Assembly (NCBI GenBank): GCA_951406725.2
Contig: OX597815.1
Span: forward strand, 121,954,001-122,018,000
DNA length: 64,000 bases
Reading direction: 5' to 3'
DNA from: Octopus vulgaris
Lineage: Eukaryota
This document shows positions 1-14,356 of the stretch, one piece after another; position 1 is the first letter of the stretch, and each line of letters begins with the position of its first letter. The notes under the pieces were generated by a model. That model searched no databases and was not told the DNA's origin. It worked only from the letters and a program-made list of their open reading frames with translations. Both the position numbers and the translations under genes were made by a program.

Positions 1-86
1 CTCTCTCTCTCTCTTCCTCTCATTCCCTTTCCCTATATGTGAATGTATGTATGTATGTATATATGTCTCTATCTATCTATCTATCC

Positions 87-127
<41 letters not shown>

Positions 128-642
128 CCCACCTATAAAACTAAGGCTGTTGTGAATAAAGACTTGTTTTAAGAAGAAAAATGTTTTATAACTGTTTGCG
201 TAGCTGTGTTATAATTTTTTAGAATTACTAATTGTAATCTCTTTTTTTTTTTAAATACTTATGGTTGATTGGATCATTTTCAAAATCATTAAGCTTGTCA
301 AACAAACTATCTCTTTTACATTCTGAGTTCAAACCTGCTGAAGTCAACGTTGTCTTCTACCCTGCCAAGATTAATAAAATAAAGTAGCAGCCTAGTACTC
401 AAGTTGCTGTAATGTATTCTAGATGTAAATGAAAGTATAATGGAAGAAGGTTTCATCAGATCAGTAAAAGCAAATACAAAGTTGGTTATGAGAAATCTAT
501 TAAACAGGACTTCCTCCCTGCCATGGGCCCTCTTCTAGAATGAAAGAAAGGAAATAAGAAAGGGAGAGAGGAAGAAAAATCAATCTTAGGACCAATCCTG
601 AAAGGATGAAAACAAAGTTGATGTTGGTGCAATTTGAACTCA

Positions 643-930
643 GGCGTAGGAGTGGCTGTGTGGTAAGTAGTTTGTTTACAAACCACATAGTTCCAGGTTC
701 AGTCCCACTGTGTTGCACCTTGGGCAAGTGTCTTCTATTATAGCCTTGGGCCGACCAAAGCCTTGTGAGTGGATTTGGTAGATGGAAACTGAAAGAAGCC
801 TGTCGTGTATATGTATATATATATATATATGTATATATATGTATGTGTGTGCATATGTTTGTGAGTCTGTGTTTGTCCCCCCAACATCACTTGACAACCA
901 ATTCTGGTGTGTTTATGTCTCCGTAACTTA
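643..930 (+). mobile_element. tRNA-derived SINE family A, 3'-truncated copy
   Basis: Head ggcgtaggagtggctgtgtggtaag (A-box-like), ggttcagtccc (B-box-like) and CORE-like ccttgggcaagtgtctt. The same sequence recurs more than 10 times in the window. Confidence 0.85.
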
Positions 931-999
931 GAGTCAACAATGATGATGATGATGATGACAACAACAATGATGACGATGGCAATGACAATGATAGTGATG

Positions 1000-1295
1000 A
1001 TGATGCTGATGATGATGACAATGATGACAACAATGATGATGATAATGATGGTGGTGGTAGTGATACTACTGGTACTGCTAGTTCTGGTACAGGAAGCGGT
1101 GCTGTAAATGTCATCCCCATAACTGTTTTTGGAATTATAGAAGGAATCAGTTTAATGTATCATTCAAAAACCAATAGTTTTTACTTCAGTTTCTGACACT
1201 TTGTGCCTTTTGTGGGTTTTTTTAAAATCATGTAACTAATAATAAAACTAGATATATGAAAGAAGTCAGTTCTGTGTAAAACTTTTAAAATGTTC
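1000..1295 (+). repeat. Dispersed duplicated segment, copy 1 (copy 2 at about 18540-19238, interrupted by a SINE)
   Basis: ggtactgct...catccccataactgtttttggaattat...aaggaatcagtttaatgtatc and agtttttacttcagtttctgacact...gatatatgaaagaagtcagttctgtgtaaaa occur at both loci. Confidence 0.85.
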
Positions 1296-1307
1296 TACTT
1301 TAATAAG

Positions 1308-1715
1308 CATAGGAGTGGCTGTGTGGTAAGTAGCTTGTTTACTAACCACATGGTTCCGGGTTCAGTCCCACAGCGTGGCACCTTGGACAAGTGTCTTCTA
1401 CTATAGCTTCAGGCTGACCAAAGCCTTGTGAGTGAATTTGGTAGATGGAAACTGAAAGAAGCCTGTCGTATATATGTATATATATGTATATGTGTGTGCA
1501 TATGTTTGTGTGTCTGTGTTTGTCCCCCCAACATCGCTTGACAACCAATGCTGGTGTGTTTATGTCCCCATAACTTAGCAGTTTGGCAAAAGACACCGAT
1601 AGAATCAGTACTAGGCTTACAAAGAATAAGTCCTGGGGTTGATTTGTTCGACTAAAGGTGGTGCTCCAGCATGACCACAGTCAAATGACTGAAACAAATA
1701 AATGAGTAAATGAGT
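1308..1715 (+). mobile_element. SINE family A, full-length copy
   Basis: Same head as 643, internal (TA)/(TG) tract, and 3' end cagtcaaatgactgaaacaa followed by an (aaatgagt)n-like tail. Confidence 0.9.
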
Positions 1716-1790
1716 GCATAGCAAATTCAAATAAATGCCCCAAAGTATTCTGTCCAATCCACTAACAACTCTGCCCGCTCACCACCTTAA

Positions 1791-2005
1791 CCTGTTAGTG
1801 TTCAGATTATTCTATCAAATGTAATGCTTATTCATTTACATTATTTTGAATTAATCATGCATTATCATGTAGCTTTGAGATTTCAATGATGTGATTGTTT
1901 ATTTTTATAATGATATTGAAGGACAGTTGGGAGAGGCTAGATCTAACTAGAACATAAACAAATAGAATATTTAGGCCAGATGTGCCCAATTTAAGTGCTA
2001 AAAGA
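1791..2005. mobile_element. TTAA-flanked (piggyBac-type) MITE
   Basis: TTAA at 1787-1790 and 2006-2009. Imperfect terminal inverted repeats cctgttagtg.../...tgctaaaaga. No ORF. Confidence 0.55.
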
Positions 2006-2709
2006 TTAAAACAAGTAGAATGTGTGCCACCCAGGGCAGCCCTTGAGTTTGCTGTCACTCACCAGGTTCCCAAGCCTAAACAGGCTTGTACAGCAGAGCC
2101 AAAAAGTGTCATCCCCATAAAAGTGTCAACTGGTAGCGACCATTTCTCTCTCCCCAACTCCAGTTAGGGGTTACTGAAACTAGACTATGTTTTGGAAATA
2201 GAAAGCATTAATCAGTAGCTCATTAAGTTGGTAATTAATTTAACTAACAGCTATTCTAGTTAGTAATTAATAAAATTGACTACAAAGCTATGTATACAAT
2301 CATAAGCTGTTTTTGCCTCTTCTAGGTCCTTATTTATAGCAGACACCATTCTACATATTTATATGGATTTATATAAATATATTTCTTCATGTCTAACTGC
2401 AAGTATTAAGAATGAAATTTATGTGTTCCGATTATAAATATGTGTTTTAAGAGGAGAGAGTGTACTGGCAGAATCATTTGTGCACTGGAACAAAAATGCT
2501 TTGTATTATTTTTATGTTCTGAGTTCAAATCCTACTAAAGGAAAACTTTGGTTCTCATTTTTTAAGGGTTGATAAGATAAAGTACTGGTCAGCTACTAGA
2601 TTTGTTAGTATGGAGAAATCCTCTACTTTTAAAACTGGCCTTGTGCCTAAATTAGAAGCCTTTATAAAATAATATTGTATTGTGTAGTCTGTTCTGAAAG
2701 GCATCTTAT

Positions 2710-2912
2710 TCTTTTACTCTTTTACTTGTTTCAGTCATTTGACTGTGGCCATGCTGGAGCACCGCCTTTAGTTGACCAAATTGACCCCAGGAATTATTCT
2801 TTGTAAGCATAGTACTCATTCTATCGGTCTCTTTTGCTGAACTGCTAAGTTACAGGGATGTAAACACACCAGCGTCAGTTGTCGAGCAATGTTGGGGAGA
2901 CAAACACAGACA
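2710..2912 (-). mobile_element. SINE family A, 3' half
   Basis: Reverse complement of the 1500-1715 segment. Confidence 0.85.
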
Positions 2913-3150
2913 CAGGCTGTTAGTAAGGTTAGGATTGGCAGTGAGTACAGTGAAGAATTCCGAGTAGAAGCTGGCATCCACCAGGGCTCAGCCTTCAGTC
3001 CCCTTCTATTCATCATAGTCCTCCAGGCAATAACAGAGGAATTTAAGATGGGTTGTCCCTGGGAGCTCCTCTATGCTGATGACCTAGCCCTCGTAGCAGA
3101 ATCACTACCAGAACTAGAGAAGAAATTTCGTGTGTGGAAGCTAGGTTTAG
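2913..3150 (+). pseudogene. RTE-type LINE reverse transcriptase fragment
   Basis: Translation GIHQGSAFSPLLF...PWELLYADDLAL contains the non-LTR RT motifs QGxxLSPLLF and YADD. Confidence 0.85.
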
Positions 3151-4229
3151 TGACCATCCCACCTTTTGTTTCAGACAATGAGTCTAGGACTACATTATCC
3201 AATGTATCCTTCCTCTCTTTCTTTTTTATGACAGCATGGTTATATAGTATGGTGTAATGTGAAAGTTAGACTATAGGATGTGTTATTTCCAGCAGGTCAA
3301 ACCGCTGGTAACTTTATATTTCTTTTTCTAATATTCCTATCAATCAAAACGATTCCTCCATCTAACTCACTCCATATATCCATCTGTATTTTTTATGTTT
3401 GCTGCGATTGGTATTACATATAAGAAAAAATTTTAAAAAGCTGCCAACATATGATGGTTCATACCATGTATAATGGCTGATATAACAAAAGATATATGTC
3501 TAACGTACAAAAAAAGAAATGAAATAATATCTATTCTGAAAGTGAATACTTAAAAGAATCTTTTTAGTAAAACAGATGAAGCAAACAAAATATAGACAGA
3601 ATTACAGCAATAAAAAATTGTGCGATAAAACAGAGGATAAACATTTTCCTAAATGGACAGTTGACTTTGAAAGTTTACTTAGTAAAAGACAATCAAATTA
3701 ATGTTTAAATAATAAAGGAAAATAAATTTATGTAATCAGATATCTCAGAAACAAAATGCATTAACTATACATTTTGCAAAATGAGAATAAATATAAACAT
3801 TTTGTAAAGAAAAACTAAAAACTAATTTAGAAGAGAGAGAAAAGCATATCATAGTTATTAGGAATTAATAATTATTCTTTAATCTGTCAATGGCAAACCC
3901 ACTAGTGCTGGTTCCATGATAAAATGCACCCAGCACACTCAGTAAGTGGTTGGCAAATGAACTGAGACAATATAAGACTGAAAGGACTCTTAGTATCGAT
4001 AAGGACATGACAGTCTCTTGTACTGGTACTAAAATAAAATGCATTCTATATACTCTGAAAAGTGGTTGATGCATCAGTTGAGAGAACATACAGAAGAGAG
4101 GAAGCCTTAATTTTATCAAGGACATGAAAAGCTCACTAGTGTAGGTGCCACAATAAAATGCATCACATCTTAATTAAAAAAATAAAGACCATGTGCATGA
4201 AACAAAACTAAATGGAGAAAATATTATCA

Positions 4230-5662
<1,433 letters not shown>

Positions 5663-5664
5663 TG

Positions 5665-6010
5665 GCCCCAGAAAATAACAAAGCAACATGCTCTGGGATG
5701 TGCCCATACACACAGTTAGAGAAATCAAGGCTAACTCACCAGATATTGTTGTCAAGGACCTCTCAGTAAAAGATACCTTCTGTTCAATATATCAGTCTCA
5801 ATAAGTGACAATATATCTCTAAAACAAATGGGAAACTCTCGAAACTCCCAAATGTGGGGCCTAAATATGGAAGCAATAATAAAAAGTGCTTAAGTTATGG
5901 TCAAAAAACTTACAGACAAATTCGGAATTAAAAACACCAGGACTTATAGATATATATTTAACATGCAGAAAATAGCACTGCTAGGCATTGTGTACATCAT
6001 ATGTAGAGTA
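5665..6010 (+). pseudogene. Second REL-endonuclease LINE 3' fragment (different subfamily)
   Basis: ENNKAT-LWDVPIHTVREIKANSPDIVVKD...QKIALLG, the same endonuclease region as 5150-5500 but diverged. Confidence 0.65.
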
Positions 6011-6011
6011 C

Positions 6012-6968
6012 TTGACTGCATTCCATTATGAATTGGATATTATCTTCCCCATTAAGTTTATATCATGGTTCTGTAACTAACAAGATTGTTAGTTACAGAA
6101 CCTGATTATCTTTACAAAGGTGAAACCAGTGGAAAAGATGAAGAGGATTTTATGTTGGATGTATGCACATTAAAAAGGTTTTCATCACAAGGGATTTAGT
6201 GTGTTTACTTCTTTATTTTTGATATAATTTGGTGTATGTGGAATTTCTTGACTGTTTTCATTATGTCATCATCATCATCATCTTCATCGTCATCATGTAA
6301 TGTCCATTGGTATGCTGGCATGGTTAGATGGTTTTATAAGAACTGGCAGGCCAGAGGACTGTACTAAACATCACTGACTTCTTTGTCATGGCTTTTATTA
6401 CTGGATGCCATTCCTTGTATTGAGGGCTTTATGCCAGGTGATGAGGGGCTAATGTACGATAGGTGGATAGGAACAGGTGTCTTGTTAAAAAAAGATATAT
6501 GGTTACTTCAATTGGAAAAAAAAGAAAATGGTGGTGAAGAAGTGTCAAGATGCACCCTCAAGTTACAGGAAGGTGAACATAAGAGATGTGGAATGGGTGG
6601 GTAAATTCATGGGAGTATGGATGAGATTGGTGGATGGATAGAGATAGGAATAGAGGGAAATGTAGTGTGTGGTAAATATGGTTGTGGCACAGTAAATTGT
6701 GAAAATCAATTGAAGGAGAAGGTTTGGAAAGTAGCTGTGGGCCAGGAAGGAAATAGGTGGTGGCAAATATGATGTGAAGTGTATGGGAGTTGATTGCATT
6801 ATGAATAGAATATTATATTCTTCATTAAGTTTATATCATGGTTCTGTAACTAACAATCTAGGTAGTTACAGAACCTGATTATCTTTACAAAGGTGAAACC
6901 AGTGGGAAAGATGAAGAGGATTTTAGGTTGGATGTATACACATTAAAAAGTTTTTCAACACAAGGGAT
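6012..6968 (+). repeat. Direct duplication of about 180 bp (6012-6195 and 6790-6968) containing a hairpin
   Basis: cattaagtttatatcatggttctgtaactaac...ctgattatctttacaaaggtgaaaccagtgg.aaagatgaagagg...cacaagggat is present twice. Confidence 0.9.
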
Positions 6969-7944
6969 GAAGTCAGAGGTACATAAGGGTGAAAATTGTG
7001 GGAGATGGATTGAGGTAGAGGGAGAGCTGTTATTGGCAAAATGAGGGTGTCTAGAGGAGAAAGGGGAGGTCGTTCCTGTGTGGTTCCAGGATGAGTGAGT
7101 GTTAGAGGGATGAAATATGTACAGTTCCACTGTTATAGTTATTTTAAATGAATGAATTTTGCTGTAGTCGTAAGAATCAAGGAGGGGAGGGTCTTAGGAA
7201 GATGAGTGGTGGGAAGGGGAATATTTATCAGGAACTGCTATAGATGCAGGGCACAGACACAACCAATATGTTTTTAAGGCCTTACTTTGGTTTAGATGAG
7301 TCTTTTCAAGCACAACAAATTGCCAATCATCTTAGAGATTTTGTAATCTTTTGTAATCTCCTCTGTAAAGCACATACTCTCATGCATGCACACACATGCA
7401 CGCACACACACATACACATGCAAACACATGCACACACACACACACATCTATACATATATGCAGACAGATAAAACAATTACCCAAATAACACATGTAGGAT
7501 TATGAGGGAAGGCAGAAACAAAGGAAAATATATGGAGTCAGACAAACAAATGCATATAACTGAAAAAGTGTAGAAATACTAAATGAAATACAACAATCAA
7601 AGAAGTGTAGAAGTGAAGATAAATACACCAATGGAAAAAACAAAAGTGAATCTTAGATTTTCATGTGATACACTTTATCGAAGAGAAGAAAAAGATATTA
7701 AGAGAGGTAAAGGAAAAAGAAAAAATATATGATATTCAAATCTGAGACATCTGTTTACATGGCGGCTCTAGGGCAGAAAGAAAGGTGAGAAGTAGGATAG
7801 AAGAGCCAAAAGTGGGAACACAATCTGGGTCACAGATAGGGTCAGTGGGAAGACAGGAGAGATAAAAGAAAGTGAAAAAGAGGGGAAGAAAGGAACAGAA
7901 AAAGTGGAGAGAGAAGGAGGGAGAGAAGTAACACAGGAGGGAAA

Positions 7945-8017
7945 TGTGTGTGTGTATGTGTATTTATTTATGTATGTGTGTGTATATACATATATGTATA
8001 TATATATACATGTATAC

Positions 8018-8079
<62 letters not shown>

Positions 8080-8171
8080 TGAAGTATATTTCTATTTTAT
8101 ACAATATGTATATCTATCTATATCCATATCTATATCAATCGATCAATCAATCAATCAATCAATTTGTCTGC

Positions 8172-8233
<62 letters not shown>

Positions 8234-8234
8234 G

Positions 8235-8292
<58 letters not shown>

Positions 8293-8355
8293 AATCTCTC
8301 TATCTATATATATATATATATACACACACACATATATATATATATATATACACAT

Positions 8356-8386
<31 letters not shown>

Positions 8387-8489
8387 CACATACACACACA
8401 CACACATATATATATATATACATACCATATATATATATATATATATGTATATGTATATATATGTATGTATATATATATATATATGTATT

Positions 8490-8541
<52 letters not shown>

Positions 8542-8552
8542 GATATATGTAT

Positions 8553-8605
<53 letters not shown>
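7945..8605. repeat. Compound microsatellite (TG/TA/TATC/TCAA/CA)
   Basis: Directly visible; the long ORFs here are repeat translations. Confidence 0.97.
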
Positions 8606-8607
<2 letters not shown>

Positions 8608-9177
8608 CTAATCTTTGTATGAAGTGGTGTAATTAAAAATGAAACCAACAATAATGGAGAGTGTAAAAAATAACTTGGCTTTTCCTGAATTACTGAAATG
8701 AATAAGTAAACGCTTTGAAATAGGCTATTATTATAGATAAGGTTATTATTATAGACTACTGTTTTCATGTCTCGGTACCATCGTTAAAAACATCTAGTTA
8801 ACTTATTAAGCTTGCATTGTTGTCAGGCCAGATATATATCTCTATTCATGAAATTCTCCTCCGAAAACTTTCAAATAAATAATTGTATTTTTGTTTACTT
8901 TATATAATGCTTACTTCTTTTTAGTTTTATAAGAAAATGTTTGCAACAATGCTAGCTTAATAAATGAACTAAATATTTTTAAGGATGGTGTTGAGAAGAA
9001 AAAAAAACGTTATTCTATAATAATAACTTTATCTGTGATATTAACCTGTTTCAAAGCATTTACTTATTCATTCTGGTAATTCACAAAAGCCAAGTTACTT
9101 TAGCATTCTTCATTGTTGCTTGTTTCATTTCTAATTATATTGCTTCGTTCTAACACACATGTGTATATGTATGTATG

Positions 9178-9257
<80 letters not shown>

Positions 9258-10577
9258 CCTATCTATCTATCTATCTGTCTATCTATCTATCTGTGTGTGT
9301 GCATGTGTTTGTGTGTAAATGTTTGCTGTTATGTGAAGTTATATGTAAAAACAATTTAGTAATAAACTGAAGGATTAATAAATACATTTCAGTAGAGTAC
9401 ATATTTACTAAACTTTTAGAAGGAAAAGGTGACATTAGAGTTTCAGCTTACTTACCTTCCTCAGGTTATATATATGTGAGTGTGTATATGTATTGTCATT
9501 ACCATCATTGCTTTAATGCCCATTTTTCCATACTTGCATGCTCCTATAGTGGTAATATTTCTGATGTACAAAAGAAGACTGTCATGGTCAGAAGAATTAC
9601 TCAATTAGGTTTAACTAAGGCCTAAACAAGAAGCATAAATTTTGTAGCCCCTGTAATATCCTTTATTTCAATGATTCTCAGTTTCTCTGTCTTTCTCTGA
9701 TCTTTGGTATGGCCAATTAATTCTTTAATACCACACTAAAATATATCCTGAATAACCTCTATATATATAAAAAAAAACACATTATTTTCAAAAGGCTACC
9801 TTTAAGAAAGCATGTTAGTACTTTTTAAAATTAAATAAACAATATTCGGGTTTCTGTATGCATTCAAAATATTCAGTGAGATAGAAATGAAAAATGACTG
9901 ATAGCTCGGTCATGGAAAGTCATTGCAAAATAGGCAAATACAAAGTATTCTGCTAAATTTTAAACCCACCTCGCATTTATTGATAGAATTGTAAAAGTGC
10001 ACAAATACAGAAGGAATGGAAACACTATAGAGAAATTTGATTCTAAAACCGTTTATATAAAAAAGAAATGGTAACATTTAAGAAAGGTATACTGAGTGAA
10101 CTTTCTTAATGCATTCATATAAAATAATTTACCAACCAGAATGGGCACAAGAATGTTGCTTAAATGGATTAATCTCGCTTAAATCTTTTGAATCTTTCTT
10201 TGTCAACATTCTAAAGAACTGAGAATGAAACTTAAGAAAGAGGATATTTGAAGGTGCTTATTATGTGCAAAAAAAAAAAAAAGAAATGTATCATACTAGT
10301 ATCAAAAAGAAAGAATATTATATCATAAATAATATAATAATTGATTCTAGTACAGGTATTTCATATTGATTTCAGTCCATTGTACTTTCTAATTTGGATT
10401 ATTTCATGTTCCTTGTCAATTAATAAAAAAAACATTAATAATAATTATTATTAAAATATTGTAATTATAAGTTGTAATCGAATAAAATAAGTGTGATTGA
10501 ATTAAATAATTTATAGTTATGTTTTGCTATTACTCTGAATAGAAATTCTCTATTGAACAGAAGTTTGATACTTCTAT

Positions 10578-10612
<35 letters not shown>

Positions 10613-11245
10613 TTTCCTCTCAGCTCAATCTACATATCATTCCATTGTCTTTAAAAAGCATTCTTCTTTATTGTATGCACACAGACACACACACACACAC
10701 ACGCACGTGTGCAACACACACACATACATGCACACACGCACACACACACACACCTTTTATATTCTTTTGTCAATACTGCAGTGATTTGTCATCTGCCATA
10801 CAATATGATGGGAATTACTGTTCTCTGGTAGTATGTAGATGCACACACACACACACACATACATATATGCATATGCATACATATATGTGTGCATGTTTGT
10901 ATGTATATATATAATCACACATACAAACTAGATAGTAAGTGATTAACACTTCATTGGTGAATGGATAATTTCTTTAAACAGTCGACTACTGGTAATATGA
11001 TTACAATGGTTTCATGCGCATGTACTTGCAATTATCCAGTTGTGGTTTGAATAATACTGGCAGCTCATCCATTGTGTCAGTTTGAGTACAAATGACATTT
11101 CAAATGAGATTTCATCTGATATGAAACAGTACAAAAGCAAAAGGGTTAATTAAGAGTGTAAAGGTTAACATTCACTGAAGAACTATGGTATTGGTTGTTT
11201 TCCTTATATTGTGCACCAATTTTTGACAAAATGCATTTATTCATC

Positions 11246-11455
11246 CATGGCCTCTGTGCCGGTGGCACGTAAAAAGCACCCACTACACTCATGGAGTGGT
11301 TGGCGTTAGGAAGGGCATCCAGCCGTAGAAACATTGCCAGATCAGACAGGGCTTGGTGCAGCCTTCTGGCTTCCCAGACCCCAGTTGCACCGTTCAACCC
11401 ATGCCAGCATGGAAAGCAGATGCTAAACGATGATGATGATGATGATGATGATGAT
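11246..11455 (+). mobile_element. (ATG)n-tailed retroposon family C, 3' fragment
   Basis: ggtggcacgtaaaagcacccactacactc...ggaagggcatccagc...ccatgccagcatggaaagc followed by a (gat)n tail. Other copies at 27.17, 28.75, 29.16, 30.7, 32.93, 34.9, 39.72 and 48.61 kb. Confidence 0.8.
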
Positions 11456-11647
11456 ATATATATATCATGAACAGGTCGCGGATTTTAGCGACGAAAATAT
11501 TTTGACAAATTAAACTTAAATGTTGAAGTGAATCGAACGGCTTTTGTGTGTTTCTTAAATGGCTTATAAACACCTTCCACGCTGCAATTGTTTTTGTTTC
11601 AGCACACGATCTCAGATCAAATTACTTGCTATGCGAGTACATCTCCG

Positions 11648-11703
<56 letters not shown>

Positions 11704-11731
11704 CTGATCACGATACAAATATATATATATA

Positions 11732-11762
<31 letters not shown>

Positions 11763-11874
11763 TGAGGTGCTGAAAAGTAAACCACTTATGGAAATAAAAC
11801 CATTCTTATAAAGTTCAGAAACTGATGTACCTGGAGGAAACCCAAACATTCAACTAATTAAATTGCAATTGCGT

Positions 11875-12497
11875 CCATGCTGCCAACAAAGCGCGCGGAA
11901 TTCTGTTTTTGATTCGACGGTCATTCGGAATGCTCACAGCAGCCATATTCCTGCCACTCTATGTCACGCTGGTGAGACCCATATTGGAGTATGGGATTCA
12001 AGCCTCTTCTCCTTATCTCCTCAAAGACATACAGCACCTCGAAAGAGTCCAGAGGCTGGCTACCCACATGGTTCATGGTCTCAAAAATTTGTCCTACGAA
12101 GAAAGGCTGAGGACACTCGACCTTTATTCTCTTGAAAAATGCCACCGCCATGGTGATCTCATTCTCGCCCACAACATCATAAGCGGAAAGTGTAACCTCT
12201 CGAAAGAGCTGTTCTTCACTCCTGCTCCAGAGCGTCGGCTGCGGGGTCATTCCGAAAAGCTCTACCTGCGACGATTTCATCTCAATCGAAGGAGAGGAGC
12301 TTTCTCCGTCCGGGTTGCGGATCAGTGGAACAAGCTGCCAGACGAGATGGTGAAGATGCCGACGACCGCTTTGTTCAAAGCCTCCCTGGACCTCAAGTGG
12401 CCTGAACTCTTTACATGAACACCACCCTGTACTTAACTCCATGTCCCCCTACATGGCCTTGCTATTTGCTTTTGAGTCAAACTAACTAACTAACTAA
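11875..12497 (+). mobile_element. 5'-truncated CR1-group LINE 3' end with (CTAA)n tail
   Basis: ORF 11909-12418: LYVTLVRPILEYG...LERVQRLAT...LSYEERLRTLDLYSLE...RGH..KL...FSVRVADQWNKLP, the classic CR1/L2 RT C-terminus. Tail actaactaactaactaa. Confidence 0.9.
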
Positions 12498-12589
12498 AGC
12501 AATTATACTAAGATTGACAATAAATCCTCACTTATATGATATTATATCTGTATTCAACATAGCTCTGAGAATCCTTAACACTGTCATGT

Positions 12590-14060
12590 CAGTACCCCCA
12601 GGAAACACGTTTTTGGTTTTACCAACAAGTGCATAAATAAACAGATTATGGGACATTGCAACTCTTAGGTATCCAAGATTAAACTAGCTATTAGCAAAGT
12701 TGGATTCCTCAAGAACTAGTTCAACAACTGTTAATGTTACCTTTTGATTTATTGCTTGACACAAAGTTTAGATGTTCAGGAACCCCAAATTTTCTAATTC
12801 AAAAGGGCACATTAACTGGTATGAATGAAATTCTGGGTACACTTGCATTTTCTCTTTTGGTGCACCTGGTAAGAATAGTGGTTTTAATAACATATGGTAT
12901 GAGAATCTTAATAATTTGCCTTGTACCCTTGCAATGTTGCACTGTTCCAAATTACAGAGCAACTTTATCAAGGGTCCTTTTTTTAAGCTGCTGCTTGTAT
13001 GGTAGTAAACCAGAAGGTTCAAATTAATTTTAAAACATTTCTTCCTGATCCACAACGTTGTCTATTAAGCTGTAGCTGTGACTATTCTCTGGATGTGCCT
13101 ACCACAACTGCCAGTTGATGTTACATAAAGGATTTTCCTTTATCTGCTCATCAAACTGTGCATTAATTATGTTGTTGCAATTCGAGGAACACCTTTGATA
13201 CAAATTCAATTTCTGTCTTAATTACTGTGTTTATAAGAGCTGGGTCCATAGTACAATTATGGTCAAAAAGAATTCTTTCCTCTCCAACTTGTACCAAATT
13301 TTTAGCAAAATATCAAGAGAGCGCATTTTCAAAAGACTTAATGTAATTTTTGTAGACAGTTTGATGATTTTAACTTTGGTTCAAAGCATTGATGATATTG
13401 AGCAATTAGATGTTTCATCAGCTTTTTTTTTACCACAGCTCTTTCTTCTATTTGAGATCCACTATCATGCAAGTCCCACAATGTCCCATCCCAGGCTTCC
13501 AAAGTTTACTTGTGTGTCATTGTACTTTCATCACTTAGTATAGTTGACATCTCAAGAACTTATCCCGTTCCCAAATTCTTGGTATTACTGCAACAAATGC
13601 ATCATTTATAAATACATGCAAGTCACTTGAAAAGCAGATTTTGTTGTACACTTCCTTGAAAGAAGTGTGGTGGTAATACTTGAAGTAACAACTGCAATAA
13701 TAGTGCTTTTATGTTGATGGACTTCAGCAGGTAATAACATAATCAAGATTGAATTCCTAGTTACACTTTGATTACTAATGAAGCAAATTTCAGCTTCCTA
13801 TAGGCTGAACCCTGTAAGAAATAGCAGTATCAACTGCTTTATGGCCAGGTTATTAGTCAGGCATGCCAAAGCTTTGTTAGACTAGAAAATTGTTTCTCTT
13901 GTACCTTGATGTTCCAAAAAGTATTTGAGTAAAGGTTGTATGTTTATTTGTTTCTGTCTAGGTGTTCATTGTTCTATAAGCAAATTTATTAATATCTTTT
14001 ACACTTAACCTTCCTGTTTTGTGGAGGCAGAGTTTGTTTGGTATTTGTTTATAAAATTTC
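12590..14060 (-). pseudogene. Decayed Helitron PIF1-like helicase (RepHel C-terminal half), element 2
   Basis: Frameshifted minus-strand translation follows the Helitron helicase order: LLPAEVHQHKSTIIAVVTSSITTTLL; DESTMTHK*TLEAWDGTLWDL; ADETSNCSISSML; EPSGLLPYKQQLKK; CKGTRQIIKILIPYVIKTTILTRCTKRENASVPRISFIP; SNKSKG; NLFIYALVGKTKNVFPGVL. Confidence 0.8.
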
Positions 14061-14325
14061 TTCAAATTCTGTTCTATATATATACTAAAGTGGGGCTAAT
14101 ATTAAAGGGGTTTTGAAGTGTTTTAGTGGTTTTAAGATTTTGTGCTTACATGAAGTGACTAGGTTGGAGTTCAGGATCTGATCCATATGAGTAATGGAAA
14201 CCATGAGGGTGTTTCTTGTGAATTTATAAAGCCTGAGATAACAGTGAAAAATGTTACAGGAGGTTACAACTGGGTTTGGTTTTTGTTTGGTCTTTAACTC
14301 TGTGTGTGCATGTGTGTGTGTGTGA

Positions 14326-14356
<31 letters not shown>

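Noticed and set aside
2326-2402. Plus-strand exon candidates (also 38889-38943 and from 26275)
   Set aside because: Good acceptors but weak or no donors and no consistent chain. The 26275 segment matches a dispersed repeat also seen at about 3280, 26060 and 36770.
7904-8768. ORFs of 146-235 aa (YI/LSIY-rich)
   Set aside because: Translations of (TA)n/(TATC)n microsatellites, which lack stops by construction.
9425-9470. Minus-strand hammerhead-like string ctgagga-ag..ct-gaaac..gtc (also a perfect AAG|gtaagt donor)
   Set aside because: Stem I cannot pair and stems II/III are minimal. No convincing upstream acceptor for the donor reading.
11921-12442. 173-aa minus-strand ORF (and antisense ORFs at 33815-34513)
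   Set aside because: Antisense shadows of CR1-type RT coding sequence.
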